From: Gemmatimonadota bacterium | GTDB lineage: Bacteria > Gemmatimonadota > Gemmatimonadetes > Gemmatimonadales > GWC2-71-9 | Reading direction: 5' to 3' | DNA: 64,000 nucleotides | Assembly: GCA_016209985.1 (NCBI GenBank) | Contig: JACQVB010000152.1 | Coordinates: 9,539-73,538 of the forward strand | Shown: positions 60,592 through 64,000 of the stretch, in pieces | Layout of the letters: the number at the start of each line of letters is the position of its first letter | Numbering within the stretch: position 1 is the first letter of the stretch | Notes under the pieces: generated by a model | Told to the model about the DNA's origin: nothing | The model's input: only the letters and a program-made list of their open reading frames with translations | Databases searched by the model: none | Position numbers and translations under genes: made by a program

Positions 60592-61020
60592 GTGAGATAC
60601 GACCCACGTCTCGTCCAACCGATGCGCGAAGAGCTCACGCGGGTGGGATTTGAGGAGTTGCGGACCCCGGATGCCGTGGACGCCGCGCTCACCCAGCCCG
60701 AAGGGACGGTCCTGGTGGTGGTGAACTCGGTGTGCGGATGCGCCGCCGGCCGTGCCCGTCCGGGTGTGCTCAAGGCGCTCAAGCACGCCACCCGCCCCGA
60801 ACGGTTGACCACCGTGTTCGCCGGCATGGACATGGAAGCCACCGAGCGAGCCCGCAGCTACTTCAAGGGGTACGGCCCGTCCTCGCCCTGCATCGCGCTG
60901 TTCCGGGGCGGGTCCCTGGTCCACATGATGGAGCGGCGGGACATCGAGGGACGGGAAGCGGAGCAGATCGCCGGGGTCTTGCGGGAAGCGTTCGACAAGT
61001 ACTGCGTTCGCGCCGCCTGA
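60592..61020 (+). CDS. Bacilliredoxin (BrxA/BrxB, DUF1094 family)
   Basis: MRYDPRLVQPMREELT..GF.EL and the VVNSVCGCAAG CGC active site. Size 142 aa. GTG start after GGAGGA. Confidence 0.8.
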   Translation: MRYDPRLVQPMREELTRVGFEELRTPDAVDAALTQPEGTVLVVVNSVCGCAAGRARPGVLKALKHATRPERLTTVFAGMDMEATERARSYFKGYGPSSPCIALFRGGSLVHMMERRDIEGREAEQIAGVLREAFDKYCVRAA

Positions 61021-61736
61021 TCCTTCTCGATCCGCACGCCCGGCCGATCATCGCGCACCGGGGTGCGAGTGGCGAATTCCCGGAGAACACGCTGGCGGCA
61101 TTCGCCGAGGGTCTGGCGCAAGGCGCCGATGCGCTGGAGCTCGACGTTCGAACCACGGCCGATGATGTCCCGGTCGTGTTACACGACGCCACGCTCGACC
61201 GTACCACCAGCGCGCGGGGCGCGATTCGCCAACTTCGCCTGGAACAGCTGCGGGGCGCCGATGCGGGGCGGGGTGAGCGGGTGCCGACGCTGGCTGAGGT
61301 CCTGGAGCACTTCCCGGGGGTGGCGCTGATCGTCGAAATCAAGGAATCGGGAGCAGCGAGAGCGGCGAAGCGGGTGGTGGCGGACCAGCGAGCGCAGGAT
61401 CGGGTTCTGATGGGGGCGTTCGAGCACTCGGCGTTGGCCCCCTTCGGGCCGGGCTGGTTTCGCAGCGCCTCCCGGCGGGAAACCGCGTTCTTCTGGGCGG
61501 CGGCGCGGCTCCGAGCGCCGCGCTGGCGGGGTCGCTATCACGCGTTTACGGTCCCGGAGCGGTCTGGGCGGCTGTACGTCGTCGATCAGGCCTTTGCGGC
61601 CCTGGCACGGCGAACCAACATTCCGGTGCACGTGTGGACAGTGGACGATGTGGAGCAGGGACGCCGGCTGCGCGGATTGGGTGTGTGCGGGTTGATCACG
61701 AATTTTCCGGGGCGGCTCAAGGCGGCCGGCCTGTGA
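61017..61736 (+). CDS. Glycerophosphodiester phosphodiesterase (GDPD family); start codon unresolved
   Basis: IIAHRGASGEFPENTLAAFAEGLAQGADALELDVRTTADDVPVVLHDATLDRTT signature. No ATG/GTG/TTG in frame between the domain start and the upstream gene. CTG at 61017 overlaps the brx TGA. The long track ORF from 60732 overlaps brx out of frame. Confidence 0.7.
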   Translation: MILLDPHARPIIAHRGASGEFPENTLAAFAEGLAQGADALELDVRTTADDVPVVLHDATLDRTTSARGAIRQLRLEQLRGADAGRGERVPTLAEVLEHFPGVALIVEIKESGAARAAKRVVADQRAQDRVLMGAFEHSALAPFGPGWFRSASRRETAFFWAAARLRAPRWRGRYHAFTVPERSGRLYVVDQAFAALARRTNIPVHVWTVDDVEQGRRLRGLGVCGLITNFPGRLKAAGL

Positions 61737-61758
61737 CGGCGCCTTCCATGGAGGATGC

Positions 61759-63036
61759 ATGCGATCGGTGATCACCGCTGTGACTTGCGGACTGGTTCTT
61801 TGCGGCTCGGCCGCGGCGCAAGGGGCGCCACAGCGACAGGTGGCCTGCCGCCCCGACAATGCGGAGCTCAAGCTTCCTGCGGGCTTCTGCGCGCTCATCG
61901 TGGCCGATTCGATCGGCCAGGCCCGCCAGGTCGCGGTGCGCCCCAATGGCGACGTCTTCGTGGCGGTTTCCGGTCGCTCGGGAGGCGGGGTAGTGGCGCT
62001 GCGTGACACCACGGGCGACGGCATAGCCGACGTGCGCGAGCGGTTTGGGCCGGGGGCCGGCGGCAATGGGATTGCGGTCAAGGGCGATTGGCTCTACTTC
62101 GCGCCCAACGATGCGGTGGTGCGCTACTCGATTCCGGCGGGAGCCCTCAAGCCAACCGCCCCTCCGGACACGATCGTGGCAGGTCTTCCGGCTTCCCGGG
62201 GCCATGTGGCCAAGAGCATCGCCTTCGGCTCGGGCGGCGCCTTGTACGTGAACATCGGGTCCCAGACCAACTCCTGCCAGGAACAGGATCGCCAGGAAGG
62301 GTCTCCCGGCAGGGACCCATGCACCGAGCTCGAGACTCGCGGCGGCATCTGGGGTTTCGACCCGGATCGGAAGCAGCAGACGGAGGCCGATGGAAAGCGC
62401 TATGCCACCGGGCTGCGGAACACGGTCGCTCTCTTTTCCCGACCGTCCGACAACCAGCTGTTTGGTCTGGTCCACGGCCGGGACGGTCTGTTCCAGCAAT
62501 GGGGAAAACTCTTCACGGCGGAGCAGAGCGCCGAGCTGCCGGCCGAGATCTTCGTGCATCTCGACGAGGGCGATGATTACGGCTGGCCCTACTGCTACTA
62601 CGATCATCAGCAGGGCAAGAAGATGCTCAATCCGGAATACGGGGGAGATGGCAAGCAGACCGGACGCTGCGAGCAGAAGAAAGCCCCGTTGATGGGCTTC
62701 CCTGGTCATTGGGCGCCCAATGGGGGCACCTTCTACACTGGCAGTCAATTCCCGGCGCCGTACCGGGGAGGTGTGTTCGTCGCATTTCATGGATCCTGGA
62801 ATCGTGAGCCGCTGGCCCAGCAGGGCTACAAGGTGGTGTTCATCCCCTTCGAGGGGGCCAAGCCGACGGGTAAGTACGAGACCTTCGCCGACGGCTTTGC
62901 GGGCACCAATGTGACCCCACGGGGCGCGCTTCATCGTCCGGTGGGCGTGGCGCAGGGCCCGGACGGGTCGCTGTACGTAACCGACGACCAGGCAGGCCGG
63001 ATCTACCGGATCGTGTATCGCGGGGCGACGCGCTAG
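61759..63036 (+). CDS. PQQ-dependent sugar (glucose/sorbosone) dehydrogenase family protein, secreted
   Basis: Signal peptide ...CGSAAAQGA. GLRNTVALF, DDYGWPYCYYD, HWAPNG and GRIYRIVY beta-propeller motifs of soluble aldose dehydrogenases. Confidence 0.78.
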   Translation: MRSVITAVTCGLVLCGSAAAQGAPQRQVACRPDNAELKLPAGFCALIVADSIGQARQVAVRPNGDVFVAVSGRSGGGVVALRDTTGDGIADVRERFGPGAGGNGIAVKGDWLYFAPNDAVVRYSIPAGALKPTAPPDTIVAGLPASRGHVAKSIAFGSGGALYVNIGSQTNSCQEQDRQEGSPGRDPCTELETRGGIWGFDPDRKQQTEADGKRYATGLRNTVALFSRPSDNQLFGLVHGRDGLFQQWGKLFTAEQSAELPAEIFVHLDEGDDYGWPYCYYDHQQGKKMLNPEYGGDGKQTGRCEQKKAPLMGFPGHWAPNGGTFYTGSQFPAPYRGGVFVAFHGSWNREPLAQQGYKVVFIPFEGAKPTGKYETFADGFAGTNVTPRGALHRPVGVAQGPDGSLYVTDDQAGRIYRIVYRGATR

Positions 63037-63038
63037 GA

Positions 63039-64000
63039 GTGCGCCGGCCCGCCTGGGTCCTCCTTATCGCGCTGTTGCCGGCAGCGGCGTGTCGCCCTGA
63101 TCGGAGCAAGGTCCGGATCGGCATCGCGGTGGAGCCGGGGTGGTATCCGGCGGTCCGGCTCGCGCAGGCCGAGCTCCAGGATCTTCCCATCGAATGGATC
63201 GCCGACTCGACCCGTAACGTTCAGGTCGCGGCGTCGGCGCTCGATTACGCCGAATGGCTGGTCGCCCAGCGGGTAGCACTCGTCGTGGGTCATTCCGGCA
63301 GCCGGGGGTCGGTGGCCGCGAGCACGGTGTACGCACCGCACGGAATCGTGCAGGTGGCACCGGTCGCGACGACCCGCAAGCTCACGTCGTCCGGGGGCAG
63401 GGCGTTCGGGTTGGTGCCCGACGACTCGGTAGAAGGAGCCTACATCGTCGCCTTCCTGGATAGCGCCCTGCACGCGCGCCGGGTTGCGATCCTGTATCAC
63501 CAGGACGAATTCGGCATTGGCATCCGGGACGGCGTGGTCGGCGAGCTGAACCGCCGGCAGATCGCTGTTGTGGACGAGCGGTACTTCACTCCGGAAGGAG
63601 CCACCGGGCCTTCGGTGGATGTCTCCGTGCTACTCGCCGCCGCCATGCGCTCGGCTCCGGACGTGATCGTCTTGGGCGCGCGCATCGCCGAGACGCGCGA
63701 TGTCGCCGCCTACCTCCGCAAGCATTCCCTGAAAATCCCCGTGGTCTGCAGCGACGGGAGTTACGTGCTGCCGCCGGACCTGAAAAACCGCAACCTGTCG
63801 GATCTCGAGGGTTTCTACATCGTCCGATTCTGGAGCCCGGGCCGCGATTCCACGGCGACCGAGTTTGCCGAGAAGTTCCGGCGTCGATTCGGGTACGTGC
63901 CCGACCAATCCGAGGCGTTCACGTATGATGCGGTGAAGCTGGTGGGAGCGGCGGTTCGCGCGGGCGCCCGCTCTCCGGCCGATTTCTCCCGGGCCCTGGG
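63039..64000 (+). CDS. Type-1 periplasmic binding-fold lipoprotein (LivK/Peripla_BP_6-like ABC substrate-binding protein), 3' partial
   Basis: Not in the ORF track because it has no stop in the window. GTG at 63039, 2 nt after the upstream stop, gives MRRPAWVLLIALLPAAAC (lipobox). Continues RIGIAVE...VVGHSGSRGS...GLVPDDSVEGAYIVAFL...VAILYHQDEFGIG...FTYDAVKLVGAAV, open to the window end. Confidence 0.65.
   Translation, partial: MRRPAWVLLIALLPAAACRPDRSKVRIGIAVEPGWYPAVRLAQAELQDLPIEWIADSTRNVQVAASALDYAEWLVAQRVALVVGHSGSRGSVAASTVYAPHGIVQVAPVATTRKLTSSGGRAFGLVPDDSVEGAYIVAFLDSALHARRVAILYHQDEFGIGIRDGVVGELNRRQIAVVDERYFTPEGATGPSVDVSVLLAAAMRSAPDVIVLGARIAETRDVAAYLRKHSLKIPVVCSDGSYVLPPDLKNRNLSDLEGFYIVRFWSPGRDSTATEFAEKFRRRFGYVPDQSEAFTYDAVKLVGAAVRAGARSPADFSRAL

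Noticed and set aside
1-64000. Mobile genetic elements, prophage, defence systems, rRNA/tRNA genes
   Set aside because: No transposase, integrase, phage structural, restriction-modification or cas-like products appear among the credible ORFs, and no tRNA cloverleaf or rRNA signatures were noticed in intergenic regions. Absence is based on visual inspection only.

Overview
High-GC (about two-thirds G+C by eye) bacterial chromosomal window. I call about 46 protein-coding genes and saw no rRNA, tRNA, CRISPR array, transposase or integrase. The gene content points to a Gemmatimonadota-like organism, but that is an inference I cannot verify here. The evidence is SusC/SusD pairs without CAZymes, CBM9/DUF5916 proteins, LVIVD-type beta-propellers and many HEAT-repeat exported proteins.

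Main content:
- Three paralogous SusC/SusD outer-membrane uptake pairs (409-4892, 43017-47602, 47976-52513). The last two are followed by convergent M20 and M1 peptidases.
- Four copies of a secreted LVIVD-like beta-propeller family. One copy at the left edge carries an in-frame TAG.
- Two CBM9/DUF5916 paralogs.
- A BlaI repressor / M56 (BlaR1-like) protease-HEAT fusion / secreted HEAT protein / multicopper oxidase operon, facing a HEAT-cyclophilin fusion.
- Two tandem secreted amidohydrolases.
- An operon encoding a lipoprotein-type truncated hemoglobin, an APC permease and an amidohydrolase_2.
- An osmoadaptation-like cluster: CPA antiporter, MscS, OtsB, MarR, ClC-TrkA_C.
- Housekeeping genes: thrC, a DEAD-box helicase, a 7Fe ferredoxin, bacilliredoxin, GDPD and a PQQ sugar dehydrogenase.

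The most unusual sequence-level signal is a dispersed family of at least 17 elements built from tandem 7-8 nt units. Most of them form long hairpins in which one arm is an array of the unit and the other arm an array of its reverse complement. They sit mostly at gene 3' ends. They also supply stop codons and terminal residues to many genes, and two copies lie in frame inside the BlaR1-like CDS.

Other notable signals:
- An AT-rich palindrome, ATTGATAYCAAT, found three times around the osmoadaptation genes.
- A canonical TACA/TGTA BlaI-type operator.
- A terminator-like hairpin directly upstream of the MFS start codon, inside a 580-bp divergent region.
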